A stretch of DNA of 64,000 nucleotides from the human T2T-CHM13v2.0 reference genome, Homo sapiens: assembly GCF_009914755.1 (NCBI RefSeq), contig NC_060926.1. One strand, written 5' to 3'. This document shows positions 1 through 13,640 of the stretch, in pieces. Below the pieces are notes generated by a model. It was not told where the DNA came from. It made no database searches and was given only the letters and a program-made list of their open reading frames with translations. Every line of letters starts with the position of its first letter. Position 1 is the stretch's first letter. Position numbers and translations under genes: made by a program.

Positions 1-1029
1 CCAGCCTTATTTTTAAGGCCTTATCTTTGATTTCCTGAAGGGGTGGAGCTCTCACAGCCTTGCTTTTGTGTTCAACTTCTGACTTACTCCTTGTGCACCT
101 ATAACTTTCTATTGTCAACTGAAATTACTTGGGAATCAAAGGGGTAAATTGTTTTCAGCACTGGATAAAGAAATTTTTGAGAATGAGAACTTTTTCTGGA
201 AGCATTCTCCTGCCTGCTCAAATTTTGTTCCTCAAATATGTGCTTGCTGTCATAACCATGTCTCTGAGCCTCCTTAGGAGCCAACTCTTGACAGCTAAAG
301 AAAAAAATGGAGCAAAGAGAGCAATCTTCCTACAGCCCTCGCTGCTGGGGGCCCCACCCTTCTCCATCGTTCAACCTCAAAAACTTGGCCTCATCTGTGA
401 CCCTCTCCTGTTCTCCGCAGGCTCTCCAAGGCCTGTAGATTTTTCATTATGGAAAATGGCTCTGACCCATTATTAAGCAATTTCCACCTTAACCTCCCTC
501 CTCTCATGCCTCATTACAACATCGCTAACATCAAGTCCAACATTCTAATATTACAAGTGGAAAAAAAAAATGATCTGAGACTGTGAACTGTGAGAACTGT
601 CGACTGTGGTAAATTTTAAGCATGTTATAATTCTAGGCCTGAAAACTAAGAGATAACAAAAGAAATGTAATCCACAGATGCCCCCTTCTTTATGCTGCCT
701 ACCTGCCTTTGTACTCTTTCTCCCAAAGTCATCTTCTGCATATCCTTTTAGAAACTTGTGTCCCATTTTCATTTTCCCAATCCATCCACAATGGCAGCGA
801 AGCGCTCTACCATCCTTCTACCTGCACACCCTTCAGTAGAGGTAAACCTCTTAAGGAGAGGGAGGCACCAGATTAGAATCTACTTCCTCACTGCCCGGTC
901 TGTCTTCCTTGGAAAAGGAAAAGGGAAGTAGATATTGAATAAGCGTACCATTTTACCTACAAGGCACACAGTAAGTGGTTGATCCAATCAACACAATGCC
1001 AGGTTGAACATTATACACAAGTCATTTTA

Positions 1030-1330
1030 TTCTTGTGCAGATGTTTTTATAGGAAAGAGCCCCAGAAATGGGGTTGCAAGTCAAATAATAAATCCACATG
1101 TAATTAGGTTAAATATTTTCAGATCTCCCTCCATATGCGCTATACCACTTTGCATTCTCCCTAGAAATATATGAGTGCCTTTGTTTTCTCCCAACTTTGC
1201 AATGAAGTATGATTTTAAGCTGCTGGATTGTTTTAATCTCATGAAAGAGAAATTGTTTCTTAGTGTGATTTGAATTTGCATTATTATAACTGAGGTGATC
1301 ATATGTTTAAGGGCCATCTGTATTCTCCCT
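1030..1330 (-). mobile_element. Old L1M (L1MD/ME-like) ORF2 3' fragment
   Basis: Degenerate antisense L1 motifs (ataccactttgcattctcc, tttgaatttgcatt, ggccatctgtattctcc). Confidence 0.6.
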
Positions 1331-3039
1331 TAAATTTCTGCATTTGGCAGAAGGCATTTTGTAATCCAAAGAGCTATTTCTTTACCTTCAAGTCACACTC
1401 CGTGCACAGCCCACCCATCTGCTGACCTATGTAAGAGGTCAATGCTGCTTACACGTGTTTTGGGACTAAATGGGGGTGGTTGTGGCATTTGTGTCAATGG
1501 AGCAAAGGACCTAGAAGGCATCATAATTCACACAGTCAGTCTTTAGTTGATGGCTTGGCAGAAGCTGAATGAAGTGTGTGAAGGTGACTCTACAGAGCAC
1601 AGTAGTAAGGAGGGGTTGCTTCTTCTGTAAGTTTACATCTCATGCTATTTTGGGATATTGCCTGGATGACTTGTCTTCTCCTCTAACATATAATATTCAG
1701 AGTGTTTTAAGTTGTATAAATCTTAAGAAAAGAAAAAGGGAGAAAAGAAAGGGAAATGCTAGGAAAAAGTTCTCACATTTGACAATGTGATTTATAGAAC
1801 TATTTCTAGGCACATCTTATTACATCAAAGTGGCAGTGTTTATTTTTTTACAAATGTGTAATAATAAGGATCTTGACAATGCACCCCTCCCTTTCAGATT
1901 ACCTCTAGAAATATCCCTGGAAAACTTTAAGATGAGGCAATTGTGGCATAAAGAACAGGCATAGAGAAATGCTTTTTGAAGAGTGTTTGACATAAAATTT
2001 CTATTAACTGTTAATAAGCACTTTAAAAATTGTTCTGTTCTCAAATACGTATGGGAAATGCCGGATGAAATAAAGATAAGCAAGCTCTTGTATTGCAAGA
2101 ACTGAAAAAGCCTTTACTATGGGGAGGAGTTAAAGTAATCAGTGTCCCCCACTATAATTTGGCTGCAGAAACCCCTTCTCCCCCAAAAGCAATCAAGAGT
2201 CTGATACTGTGATAATGCTGGAAAATGCTGATGCAGAGGGAAAAACATCTAACAAGGTGATTCCGATGATTTTTTGATTCTGACAACAACATGCATGATA
2301 TTCTCAGTCACAAAGCCTCTCAGTGCTCAGGTCACTCATCTGTAAAGTGGGGTACTCTAAAAGGTCACTTTCCATTTTTACTTTGACCTATAAGGAGGGA
2401 TGCCCTGCAGAAGACAGGTCTTCCTGTTAGCTCAGCCAGTGGCTTTCTTGGTCCATTTCAAGGGCACTGTTGGAGGGGTGGGAGAGACAGCACTTCTATC
2501 ATGCCAAGCTAAATATCCTGAGAAAGATCAGGGGTTTTCTATTATAAAATATAATAGAGACCTTGACATGAATCCTCATTCTGTGTACAGATGTTGAGCC
2601 CACACTCTTACTGATTACCACACACTGACCCATCTAGGGAGTGGTTTACCCTGAGGCCAGGTCACTAAGCCAGTCAAAATCCAGCTCGCTTTAATTTGTA
2701 GTCCATGCACGTAACAAACACTGGTCCACTGCTCCAGGTCATCATTCGAATGTCAGTATAAACTCACCAGTGGTCCCAAGAGTTCTGTTTCTTTGGCATT
2801 TGCTTTCTCTGGTATTATGTGCCATTTTACAACAACAGAAATCCTGATCTGTCAATGTCACTCAATTATTAACATTTCCTGGGGTGTTCTACAAACCCCA
2901 TTAAGTGGGATTTGCTGGAAAGGTTGATGCTCTGCTTTGCCCCTTGGCCCCTTCAGGCACAAACATGGATTGAACCTACGACATGCCAAGCACCTACCGA
3001 GAGCTAGAGGTAGAGTCACTGATGGTTACGCACATGCTG

Positions 3040-3345
3040 TTCTTTCTGAATGCTCTGCCACACTCTCCACAAAATGGAGCTGAGATGCCTCTTCCTCCAG
3101 GAAGCCTTACTGAGCTTCACCTCCTCTCAGTCTGGATTATGTGTCCTACCCACCCCCAGTTAAACAGTTCCTTCCACAGATATCAAACATTACCCTTATA
3201 TTCCTACATGCCTGCCTCCCTCCTTGAGGGTATCTCTGCTCCTTAAGTGTGAAGACTAATTCCTTAATCTTCATTTCCTCAGCATCAATTGTAGTGACTG
3301 CCACATAGGAAGTACTCAGATTTATGACTGACTGACTGACTGAAT
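3040..3345 (+). mobile_element. L2 LINE 3' fragment
   Basis: cctcttcctccaggaagcctt core, gccacataggaagtactca, ending in a (TGAC)n/TGAA tail like the L2 (TGAA)n end. Confidence 0.6.
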
Positions 3346-3519
3346 CAAGGTATGAAAAACCAATTCCTGCTCTCAAAGACCACAGAGAATCTAGTTCAAC
3401 TTTTCTACATGACTTTAAAACAATTTATAATGCATTTATGATGCTTTAAATAAAAATCGCGTGAATACTTCCAAATATTTTTGAATTATAAACACATTTT
3501 CAAATTTGCCTTTCATTAG

Positions 3520-3680
3520 AAGATACCAAGAAAAAAAAAACTGCCTTTCAAAGATATTGGATAATGTTAAAATGTTGGTTTCAAAATCACGTATGGTCCA
3601 AGATACCAAGAAAAAAAAAAACTGCCTGTCAAATGTATTGGATAATGTTAAGATGTTGGTTTCAAAATCACGTATGGCCC
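3520..3680 (+). repeat. Tandem duplication, 2 x ~80 bp
   Basis: aagataccaag(A)10ctgcc...tcacgtatggtcc (3520-3599) repeated at 3600-3680 with about 5 substitutions and A10/A11. Confidence 0.95.
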
Positions 3681-4163
3681 CATGCAGAGAAGGGTCCAGA
3701 TGTAAGAAAGACTAAAACACAGCTAAGGGAGACAAGCACTTATGTCTACTTAAATCGGCCTGCTTTTTCAGGCTGTCAACTCTCCCAACTCTGCAGCTTC
3801 CACATGCCTTGTTAATGTGAGGAGAAACCAATGTGAGACAATAGCAGTCATATTTCCAGTTTAATTACAGAAATGCAAACCTTACATCTCCTTAAGCCTC
3901 AATTATAAAAAAAAATGACAAGGCACATGCCATGTTTTCTCTGCTTCTTGTCACCAACCATCTTGCCCTATTATAAACAAGAACACTCCATGAGTATTCA
4001 GAGTATAATTCTAATAAACTGCTCTCAGTCTGCCAGTTACATCTGCAGAACACAGCAAGAAGAACTTTTACGAATGTAGATATAGTAGGGTAGGAGGCAC
4101 ATGAAAGAGAGTTCCAGCTTCATCAGAGCAAATAACCTGCAGAGTGTATTTTGATAATAGTCA

Positions 4164-4523
<360 letters not shown>

Positions 4524-4578
4524 CACAAGATGTAAACAGTAATATTTCTGTGCTCAGTGTAGAAGTAATCTTCTCACA

Positions 4579-4707
4579 GAAATACCTAATGTAGACGACA
4601 GGTTGAAGGGAGCAGTAAACCACTATGGCGTGTGTAACAAACCTATGTAACAAACCTGCACGTTCTGCACATGTATCCGAGAACTTAAAGTATAATTTTA
4701 AAAAAAG
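4579..4707 (+). mobile_element. Severely 5'-truncated L1PA 3' end
   Basis: aatacctaatgtaga...aacaaacctgcacgttctgcacatgtatcc..gaacttaaagtataat + A tail matches the L1PA 3' UTR end. Confidence 0.9.
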
Positions 4708-5054
4708 GAACCTCCTCTCATTAATAACCAGCATATAGAATGCTGAGCTACATCACTGGATGCTAATCAAATGGATTAAAAGCCCTAGCTTATACGACAT
4801 TCCTTTAGTGCACATCATCCTCTTTAAGGAGAGTACAGTTGATGGCTTCTCTCTCCCCCTTTTCATCTTTCCTGTTTCCTAACTTTAGGGAGACGTAAGC
4901 TGCTAGGAAGACAGATCATTGTTTTTGAGTTGCATGGTTCCTCTGTGCTGCCAGATATTTTATCCTGATGTGTTTGTATAAAAAGGGATAAAGGGAAATC
5001 CATCACAAAATTATTGTTGCTCAGTGAATGCCAAACAATACATGCAACTGAAGG

Positions 5055-5077
5055 AAAAAAAAAAAAAAAAAAAAAAA
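5055..5077 (+). repeat. Poly(A)23 tract
   Basis: Direct reading; no adjacent SINE body. Confidence 0.9.
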
Positions 5078-5599
5078 GGTGGCGGTGCTGGTGGTGACCT
5101 AGCCCTCATTCCTGTTATGAATGGGAAACTGAAGAAAGGTTAAGAAAAGCATTTATCCATCCACTCATCCACCCATTCATTCATTATTCATTCAAGAAAA
5201 AAATTCAGTAGCTATTTAAGGTTTTTAGATAATTTCTCAAATGCAGATAATTTTTAAAATTAAAATCTGGGCAGATTAAGACAAAAAAAAAAAAGACCCA
5301 CCACATTGTGCCCTATGTTTAAATATGTTCTAAAAAATGTCCTTGTAGAAACATCTGCAGCCCACATAGACATTTTCATAGACATCTTGACAGCAAAAGA
5401 ACAGTACTATCGTTTCAGGTACTTAGGAACATAAAAGGCAGTGAATATATCAGAAATCTCTCAAATTTTGTTTTTTAGTTCATTGAAGCATCAAGGAAAG
5501 AATAAGGGATTTGGAGTAAGAACATCTTAATTTTAAAACCTAATCCAGTCTAATCCTATTTATTCTCTTTATTTTGTGGAGCTGAACTGAGGATCAATT

Positions 5600-6690
5600 A
5601 AATTAATGCATGCATAACCATTTGGTTCTTGCATGTAGTCATTCACCCATTCAATTGATTGATTCATTAATTCACTCATTCAACAATCTGTACAATGGCC
5701 TAGGTACAGTCCAAGGTGCTGCTAGGATTCTAAGTTTGAGAAGAAACAGGCAAGACTCCTACTCTCATAAGGTTTTTTGTCTATTAAACAGCCAGGGGCT
5801 GATAAACAACAACACTAATGAATTTACAATGACACACTGAAGCGTGCACTCTGAAGGAGGGATATGCTTCTACAAGACTGAAGGCAAAGAACCACACAAA
5901 AACAGGGATGTAGGAAGGACTTTACTGAGCAGGAGACGCTTTGTACCTGAGAGGAAAACGAGAGCTTACTGGGAGAAGGTGCGGGGGTGGATGGGGGTGG
6001 AACGGCTTGTGCAAAAACCTCAGAACAGGAGACAACACGGTGATTGGAGGAATGGAAAGAAGGTCAACATACAAAGCTGGGCAGAAAAGAAGTGAAAGTG
6101 AAGCTGAAGGTGGGGAAGGGGTATCTAGCACGTACGCAGCTATTGAGCACTTGAAATGGGGCTAGTTCAAAATATATGGGCTGTAAATGTAAAATACACA
6201 CTTTATTTTGAAGACTGTGAAAAAATGAAACTCTCTCAATTTCATACATCGATTACATACTGAAATGACATTTTGGACATTTTGGGTTTGATAAAATACA
6301 TTATTAAAATTAATTTCACCTATTTATTTTTACTTTTTTAAGACGACTCCTAGAAAATGTAAAGGTACATACATGACTCATATTTTTCTTGGACAGTGCT
6401 GGTAGTAAGTACATGCATAGCCTTTTAAGTGTGAAAAAGGGTTTTTGTCCTGAGCGCAATGAGAAGCATTGGGAGGCTTTACGAAGAGAGACAATGGGAT
6501 CTTCGCAGCTTCTGGGTAGAAAAGAGATCAAAAGGCACCTGGAGGCAATGGAGAAAAATGATCTGTGTACTGCATTATAACAGTTTGGTTTAGGGTCAAG
6601 AAGTAGAGATAAGAGGAGTGGAAGGATTTGAGAGATATTTAGGAAGAAACACATCAACAGGCTCTAGTAATGAATTGAGTATGTTACTGA
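5600..6690 (-). mobile_element. L2 LINE fragment interrupted by MER33
   Basis: (CATT)n-like antisense tail (ttcactcattcaacaa), ccaaggtgctgctaggat, continuing after 6401 (gcaatgagaagcattgggaggcttt). Confidence 0.6.
6125..6401 (-). mobile_element. MER33 (hAT-Charlie) DNA transposon fossil
   Basis: gctattgagcacttgaaatg..gctag, ttattaaaattaatttcacct, terminal ttggacagtgctg. Confidence 0.85.
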
Positions 6691-7494
6691 GAAACCCCAA
6701 AGGGCAGAAATCATGTTGGGAAAACAAAGATACAGAGTATATGGAAATATACAATTTAAGTCCTATAATAGAGGCATGGATTCATTGCAGTAGGGGTACA
6801 AAGTAAGAAGCAAGTGTGTGCTTTACATAGGATAAAATATTGCTGCTGCAGCTTTTCAGGTAGGCTTCATTAAAAATCAACATCTCATCAAAAATATGCA
6901 TTCTGGTTTTAAATATCTTTTACCCAGAGTTTAACTTAAAAAAAAAAAAAAAACAGATACATAATGAGTAACGGCTGTGCAAGAGTCTGTGGTAGGGCTG
7001 CTCTTGAAATGGAAAAGAAAGAGAATGTTTCTTTAGTGCCCACTGGCATGTGCCAGAAGTTTTAAGTGTTTAATTTATTTAATCATCCCAAAAACCTTAC
7101 AAGGTCATGTTACTATCCCCATTTTAGAGGTAAGTAAAATGAGGCTCAAAATTGATTGAAGTTCCACGAAGACAGAAACCATTTTTATTTTGCCCCTCCA
7201 CTCTATTCCTAATGCCCAGCACACTGTCCAGCATATGCTAGGCACTCCGTAAATAAAGGTTAAAACAGCTCCCAAGAGGTAGAGCCAAGTGCCAACCTTG
7301 CTTATCTAAATTTGGGATCATCATGCTACCATTTGTTTTTTTAATATATTGGATAGCAAGTACATTTAAGTTAAAGCTTTTTAAAAATAGAATTAGGCAT
7401 AGTTTATATATTTATATGTGGTTAGGCTAACAGGTATTTATATAAGAGCCCTTTATCTGTGACAGGTGGTTATCCTCTACCTTATTGAATAACA

Positions 7495-7750
7495 AGAACA
7501 GTTAACACTTCCTGAGAATGTACTGTGTGCCAGCCTGTTCTAAGCACTTTGCTTGTATTATTTATGCCTCATTCTCAGCAACCCTACAGGATAGATACTA
7601 TGATTTCTCTCACTTTAGACACTGGGAAACTGAGGTACACAGAGCTGAGGCATACAGAGGTTGAGTCACTTGCCCAAGGTCACATAGCTGTAAAGGCAAC
7701 AAACCCAAGGAACCTAATTTTAGAATCTGCATCACACTCTCAACCCCTAT
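7495..7750 (-). mobile_element. MIR SINE
   Basis: tactgtgtgccag..ctaagcactt, ctcagcaaccct, ggaaactgagg..cagagg, cttgcccaaggtcaca; 15-bp internal duplication ctgaggtacacagag/ctgaggcatacagag. Confidence 0.85.
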
Positions 7751-8891
7751 GAGACAGAGCCCACTACTCCATGAGACTCTAGTTCTTACAAAGATCTCTC
7801 TAGCATTAGGGCAAGGTCTGCCCTCTTGCCATTGGTCCAGCACCCTCTGCTGGGGCCACACAGTGTTGTGGTTTATCAGGGCACCTCCTTGTAAATCTAG
7901 AAAATCATTCAAGGATAAATTGTGAGTCAGACATTTGGAGAGTCAGAATAAAATGAGCACAAAAAGAGCCTGTAGATCTCGTGTGGATCTCATTCCATGA
8001 AAAGAGCAAACTTACCCTGAGTCTTTAAATGTCCACTAGCAGGAAGCTATCATTTGTCTATGGTGACATCAGATAGAGTAGAGAAAAGAGGTGAAGAAAG
8101 GGACTTAGTAAGTTGAAGATTTCCCAACAGCAGAAACCATGGCATTCGGGTGTTAACAGTGAATTCAAGAGACCCTTGTTCATGAATGGAGTTTAATGGC
8201 TAAGATACTCTCTAAGCACACTAGGCAATCAGTGCTTGCTAGGAGTTCACATAATGAACAGGATGGTTACAACCAGACATCCAGGCATTTGATGTGTGCC
8301 GGTTACTTCAAGTGTCAAATTACTTACAAGTTTTCAATTGTGATATGTAAGAGGGCTTATTGCTATGATTTGGAAGATCAGTTGGGCACATGTGGGTCTA
8401 TATATGAACACTTCACTTCTTCCAATACTTTAAAATTGTTATGCACATTAGTAGAGCTCCTGAAGGAGCCTTTTTTTTTTTTTGTTTTGGAATAGTCTTA
8501 ATATTACTGTAAACACTTGAGAACATGTTCAGTATCTGGCCATTTCATACAAAGGGACCTCATCTGGTGCCCCATCAAGACAATCTGAAGTGCAATCAAG
8601 AACTCATTATGAGGTGGTCTAATCTGTAGGGTACCTCACTGCCTATAAACTAAGAGCAGCACGATGCTTCTCTACTGAATGATGTCATCTGCAGTCACTG
8701 GGAACACACGGAGGTAGACCAAATGCCCTATATGGTAAGTGGCCACACGTATCGGGTAGGAAGGATTGCCTCTGCCCAAATTCTAATATAAATGAGAAAT
8801 AAATTCATTTACAAGAGAATATTATGCACTGAAATGCATAATTTTTCAATAATAATTATGCTAGATAGTCAGATGTTTATATCTTTTCTTT

Positions 8892-8893
<2 letters not shown>

Positions 8894-8924
<31 letters not shown>

Positions 8925-9200
8925 GAGACAGAGTCTTGCTCTGTTTCCCAGGCAGGAGTGCAGTGGCACAATCTGCCTGCAACCTCTGCCTCCGGGTTCA
9001 AGTGATTCTCCTGACTCAACCTCCTGAGTAGCTGGGATTACAGGCATGCACCACCATGCCCTGCTAATCTCTGTATTTTTAGTAGAGATGGGGTTTCACC
9101 ATGTTGGCCAGGCTGGTCTCGAACTCCTGGACTCAAGTAATCCACTTGCCTCAGCCTCCCATAGTGCTGGGATTACAGTAATGAGCCACTGCGCCTGGCC
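8894..9200 (-). mobile_element. AluS (Sx/Sz-like) SINE
   Basis: Poly(T) then gagacagagtcttgctctgt...gagccactgcgcctggcc; near-TSD tatatctttt/tacatcttct. Confidence 0.95.
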
Positions 9201-10343
9201 TACATCTTCTTATAATGACTAAGTTTGGAAGTAAGAGAAAAAATTGAAAGCCATTCTGTCTAATAGGTACTGGAAAATGGAAAAAGAAAAAAAGAAAAAA
9301 AAACTTAGATAGATAGATTCCAGGGACACAAAACCAGTGTTAGCATAAATAATGACAGCCCAGATTTATTTGTACTTAAAAAGGTATACAGGTAAATAAT
9401 CTCAATTTAAAGTAGGAATAACACTTGCAAGACAAATTACCAACTACCAAAATAAAGAAAGGAAGAAAGAATGCATCATTGTGCTACTATTTTTTAATAT
9501 ATAGGGTAGCAAATTCAAAATATTTTAAAATGCTACACCACTTACCATTTAATCATTAATAATACACTATGTTAATAAAAATGATATATCTTCATGTGAC
9601 AATTACAGTTGCAAATCAATACAGAGGTGTTGTCTTGGTGACTCAAATATCACAAAATGTTGTTGCCTTGGGTGGGTATAATATTCCAAAATTGGGAATA
9701 AATTTTGGTAAGTTTATAAACCAAATAAAGTATAATCTTTCCTCAATTTACATCATAGTTGCATCCCTCAAACATTTAGTACAAATTAAAACATTGTAAA
9801 AACTACATCTTTTTGTACAAGTTAAATTCTGTGTTCTCATAATTATAAACTGAACTTGTACTTCTGTGGATTTCTTGGGAATGCTCAGAGTGACCTAGAA
9901 CTCAAAGAAATTTTTTGTTATTTGAGACTACCCCATGCAATACAGTTTATCTAGCCCCTTAGTTCTGACTAAATGTCCTTTCTGTTCCTCCTCAGTCCCT
10001 AGTATGACCATAACATGTCCCCATAAATATCCATAATCATTTCCCCACCACCCCTAGAAGGTACTGCTTTCATTCAGGACTACAGCTTACAACTCTTTTG
10101 TATCAAATTTGTACATCTGATCTAGAGGAATGAAAAAGGTTTTACTACTGAAGGTTGGTATTAGATGAGTCTTATAATCATTTTTCACCATATAAGTTAA
10201 GCTCAGAGATAAGATTCATTCAACATGCTTTATTTTTTTAATTTAAAGTTAAAGCTCATTGACAAAAGACTAAGAAACAACTGATAATAAAAAGTGCCTC
10301 CTCTCCCTTTTTCTGAAGTGGTTTCTAAAAGAACCACTGCAGG

Positions 10344-10367
10344 GATGATGATGATGATGATGATGAT
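10344..10367 (+). repeat. (GAT)8 microsatellite
   Basis: Direct reading. Confidence 0.95.
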
Positions 10368-10599
10368 AGCACTAACATTTACTTAAACAGTTATTTTGTG
10401 TCACTACTAAACTATGTGCTGTAAATGCAAGAAAGCTACAAAACAGACCTCCAAACTCACTTGTGGAGCACTTGTGAAGATTAGAGATGATCAATGAGAA
10501 ATAAACTGGCACATGGTAAATGATTAAAAACAAAAGCTATCATTATTATTAAATCCCAAGCTACCCTGAAGCAGTAACTCAAAAAACCGTGCCTTACCA

Positions 10600-10950
10600 T
10601 TATGTCAGTTGTTCAGTAGTTATTTATTTATACCACAGACAATATGTTTCTTAAAATATGCATGCAAATAAGCCCATCAGAGCAAAAGACTTCCTTTAAA
10701 TTTGCCCCTTTGTGGCAGGTAATAATGACATCGCCTCGCTTGGATGATTAATAACCAGTTGTTATGAGGACTGTGCCTACTGACGCAAATACAGCATTGT
10801 ATTTGGGCCCTGAGTTATAACATTCATTTCTTTAAGGCTGATTGACTCTGAACAGTCACATTATTTGCTTGTTGAGTTTACGCAAGACGTTTTTCCAAGG
10901 GAGGTTTATTTATTTATTTATTTAGTGGCATTTACATGTGTGCCTCTGAC
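10600..10950. promoter_or_regulatory. Candidate enhancer / conserved non-coding element
   Basis: Apparently repeat-free; octamer ATGCAAAT 10662-10669, C/EBP-ATF TGACGCAA 10781-10788, C/EBP TTACGCAA 10878-10885; function inferred only. Confidence 0.3.
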
Positions 10951-11356
10951 TTCGGGGAGAAAAAAATGAAAGCACAATGTAAGTAGTCTAAAAAAAGGGC
11001 TAATCAGAATAACCCTGGATGTTTTTTCACCATGTTACCTCTGTACTCATATCACTATAGCCAATTTTTAATTAAAAAGCTTTTATTTTCTTTCAATAGG
11101 ATAGTAAAAATGTGCAACTGCCTGATAAGTATTTGCTCTTAGTATAGCACACTTTTCAGATATTTTTAAAGAAGTATCAGATAATTAAAACAAAACATAT
11201 AAAAACATATCAGCTGATATTATTTTCTCAATGCTCAGTATATGAATTAACTGATGGGAATATAGAGAAACAAAACAATTTAGAAGAAAAATAGCTCTTA
11301 AGCCATCAAGTTTCAAACATTTCAAACTCACTGGAATTGTGCAATCACTACGAGTT

Positions 11357-11382
11357 TGTGTGTGTGTTTGTGTGTGTGTGTA
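11357..11382 (+). repeat. (TG)n microsatellite, interrupted
   Basis: Direct reading. Confidence 0.9.
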
Positions 11383-12724
11383 TGTTTAGGGTAATACACT
11401 TTATTGATTCATTAAAAATGTAAGTACAGTAAGCTGGAAAGTATGGCAAGTAAAACAAAAAAAAAACAATTAGAAGATTTCTATGAAAACTTTACAATCT
11501 AATAAAATTGAATCCTTTTTTTTTGTTGTTGTTCTCTCCCCAGGCAATTATTTTGCTCTGTTCACATGTCTTCACAAAATACTTTCAATTTTATTTTTCC
11601 ACCCTCAGATAAACAGATTCCTTTTGTTCGGCAGATGAGAAACGTACCAGCTGTTAGTACTACTATATCCATCCATTTACTAATATTTAATGAGAAAAAA
11701 TTTAACTCCATTTTCAGCCTTTCTTTCCCTCTGCTCATTAAAGAGAAGCCTGCCCTCCTGGAAAGCCCTTACTTGTCAGCCCAGTTCTTGAATTATTTTT
11801 AAACAGAAAGTTAGGAGAAAATAATACAGTGATGAGGATAAGAAAGTGAAAGTGCTGCAATTTTTTTTTCTTTTAATTTTTTTTCTTGAGAAATGACAGG
11901 GAACAGCTTTGGAGTGTGTGCAGGTAACAGATGGAAGACAAAAAGAGGGATTTTAAGATTTGTTGCTGGGGCACATGTCTCTCTAATCAAGAAATCAAGT
12001 AAAGAACTGAGTTATTTTATGGTATTATTGTATTGCATGGCATGTATTCTTTCAACCCTGATGCCTCTCTGGGACTGGCCCACACTGGCCATGTTCTCCA
12101 TGAGTTATTTATGGTACTTTACCATTTTTAGAGTGTATATAAATGCTTTACCTTATTTGAACCTCTGAAAACCACAGGGTAGGCAGGAAAGATATTATAC
12201 CCACATTTTACATATGACTAAACCAAAAAAAAAAATGAAAGCGGGACAAGAATTCAGACTTTCTACCATAGAATTTGGTGGTCCTTCTATCAGCTATACA
12301 TTGACATATCATATTTTTATACTTAATTTATTGTGCATTTGCTTCAGGGCTATATCTTTACACATCCAAACATCTAAATAACCTGTAGAAAATAAAATCA
12401 GTGATTTATGTGTTTACAATTATCCGAATATTTGGTATTCATATATAACAGAGAAATAATTAACTGCCCATTTCACTTTTCACCTAACAATCTATACCTT
12501 CTGTACTCTTAGAAGTAACAGCACTGCTCAAGAATCACTACGGTTGGGGGCAAGGTGAGGGGCTCTGAATCCCATTTGGAAGCTTTCTTCAGAAATATTG
12601 CTTCTTGTGCAGAAGTCATGGGTCAGGTTTTCTGTTTGGTTGATGACCTGTCTATACCTACATTTACACACACAAACATGTCATTCATTTGCATTTAACT
12701 TGTCAGTCTAAAACTTGCTTATTT

Positions 12725-13012
12725 GGCCAGGTGCAGTAGCGAGCACCTATAATCTAAGCACTTTGGGAAACTGAAGTAGGAGGATTGCTTGAGGCCAGGA
12801 GTTCAAGACCAAACTGGGCAATACGGTAAGATCTCACCTCTACAAAAAATTAAATATATATATGCATGATGGTGCATGCCTGTAGTCCCAGCCACTAGGG
12901 AGGCTGAGGCAGGACTGATTAAGCCCAGGAGTTCAAAGCTTCAATGAGCTATAATGGCACCACTGCACTCTAACCTGTGTGACAAAATAAGACCCTGTCT
13001 GAAAAAAAAAAA
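12725..13012 (+). mobile_element. AluJ SINE
   Basis: ggccaggtgcagt...ggaggattgcttgaggccaggagttcaagacc...gaccctgtct + A tail. Confidence 0.93.
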
Positions 13013-13049
13013 TCATTTTTAAGATTAAGAATAAAAAAATTTGGATCCA

Positions 13050-13640
13050 GAGAACTAGGACTTCATTCTTCTTCTGTACATTATGAGCTACCTGAAAACT
13101 GGTGATGAATATGCTTCCTTTATCTCTACATTCTCTATTTGTAAAATGGGGATAATAAGAGCACCCACCTCATAAGGGCACTGTCAAATGGGCTAATACA
13201 CATGAGTACTTAGAACAACATATAGTATGCACTCAACAATGTTAACTTTTTAACATTATTAAGTTTTATTATGTTACAGTTGCTAGTGCTTGCTAAAATA
13301 GTGCTGACACATGGTAGTCACAAAATAAGTGTTATTGTGGTATATGTTAAATGAATCTCAGTTTTGCCAATGTGTGATCTTGGAAGAAGTTACTTCACCA
13401 GAAAAATAAGAATATAAAACCCACAATAATGACAGCTGCCTGACAAGGCTATCGTGAGGAACAAATGGAATAATATGTCAGAAATGCTTTATAAATTATA
13501 AGGTGTGAAATAAATGCTAATTACCATGTTTGTTCTCTAACTTTATCCTCACAAATAGGCTGTTCTGTAGATGCAATTATCCTCATTTTATAGAGGAGGC
13601 AACAGGCTTAAAGAGGATTATATAACTCGCTCAAGGTCAT
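13050..13640. mobile_element. Cluster of MIR fragments
   Basis: tgtaaaatggggataataa (13140), tgtgtgatcttgg..aagttactt (13371), attatcctcattttatagaggagg..caaggtca (13576, antisense). Confidence 0.7.

Noticed and set aside
129-476. 115-aa ORF
   Set aside because: Non-ATG start, no recognisable domain, and the 3' half resembles a decayed L2 fragment.
3520-3680. Possible CRISPR-like repeat
   Set aside because: Only two adjacent copies with no spacer, in primate DNA; a simple tandem duplication.
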